A DNA stretch of 64,000 nucleotides from Octopus sinensis (Eukaryota). The notes beneath the pieces were generated by a model, which was not told the DNA's origin, searched no databases, and was given only the letters and a program-made list of their open reading frames with translations. The stretch covers positions 42,532,001 through 42,596,000 of the forward strand of contig NC_043001.1 in the NCBI RefSeq assembly GCF_006345805.1, read 5' to 3'. Of the stretch, positions 63,129 to 64,000 are shown one piece after another. Positions within the stretch are counted from its first letter, which is position 1, and every line of letters begins with the position of its first letter. The translations under genes were made by a program, and so were the position numbers.

Positions 63129-64000
63129 TATCTCGTGTTTACAACATTGCCAAAATTGCATTGAAGACAAAGCTTCTTCATTACAGTCAGAAAATACTTC
63201 AGTCCCAATCAATTGCTGACTATCTACCAAGTTCAAGTAAAACAAATTGCAGTACAGCATTGATGTTATATACACAAACATTCTAGACCATATTAAAAAG
63301 AAAGCCATTCAACTCATTAGTAAAAGTTCCCTAATCACCACTCTTCACTCATTAGCTCACAGATGAACTGTTTCTTCATTTGACCTCTTCTATCATTATT
63401 ACTACAACAGCTTCTGCTCCCCTCAACTTGCTTTCTACTTACACCATCCACCTATTTCTCATTTACCTGTCAGCCCAAATATATATCAATTCCTAAATCC
63501 AGAACTAAACTTATCACCCTGTCATTCACTCTTACAAACACAATCTTCTGGAATTCCTTCCCTTCCTTTGTGTTTTTGTTTTTTTTCTGCAGAGATCATT
63601 TAGATATAATTTTTAAAACTGACCATCAACTACCTTTGTCACACCAGTTTGTTAAACCTTGAAATTGTCATGTATGCTGTCCCTTCTTTGACTAACTTTA
63701 AATTGATAAAATTTCTAAATTCAACATCATTGTTTCCCCCGTAACATTTCTGAAGTTAATTTCTGTCAAACTGAACATTTATAGAAACCAATCATATATC
63801 TGTAAATGAAATGGATAATTTTTAACCAACATAAATGTGAATACATCTCACTGAATTATACCAGAGGAGGAACTTAAAATTTTTTCTCACAGCCTTGGTT
63901 ACCTCTCTTTAAAACAGTTCCAATATTGCTAAATTTCTATCCCCAGAAATCTTTAATAATTTATAATAATAATGATAATAATAATAATAATAAAAGTGAC

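Noticed and set aside
62220-64000. Head-to-head gene upstream of LRRC58
   Set aside because: No credible ORF or exon on the + strand within the window.

Overview
This is AT-rich, repeat-dense eukaryotic genomic DNA. The SINE, RTE, Helitron and microsatellite landscape looks like a coleoid cephalopod (Octopus-like); that assignment is an inference. Two intron-containing genes lie on the minus strand. The first is a complete LRRC58 orthologue: coding exons 61407-61870, 42081-42484 and 31918-32111, 353 aa, with all splice phases consistent. The second is a folate-receptor-family gene: exons 6962-7111, 2993-3176 and 2325-2463, with the last exon not found. Its second coding exon has one extra A that breaks the frame. 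The rest is decayed mobile DNA: RTE LINEs, two CR1/L2-group LINEs, a CsRn1-type Gypsy element with LTR and PBS, Penelope-like fragments, Helitrons, tRNA-derived SINEs, and Merlin, piggyBac, mariner and hAT MITEs. The most notable observations are: (1) a long-inverted-repeat element carrying a minimal hammerhead ribozyme, in two copies; (2) a 19-bp Merlin-like remnant with a perfect 9-bp TSD, plus a related 229-bp MITE whose empty site is also in the window; (3) a SINE pair sharing a head but with different tails; (4) a ~360-bp palindrome and several large inverted repeats in the 18.9-kb LRRC58 intron; (5) a possible in-frame upstream LRRC58 exon. All coordinates and alignments were read by eye; no searches were run.
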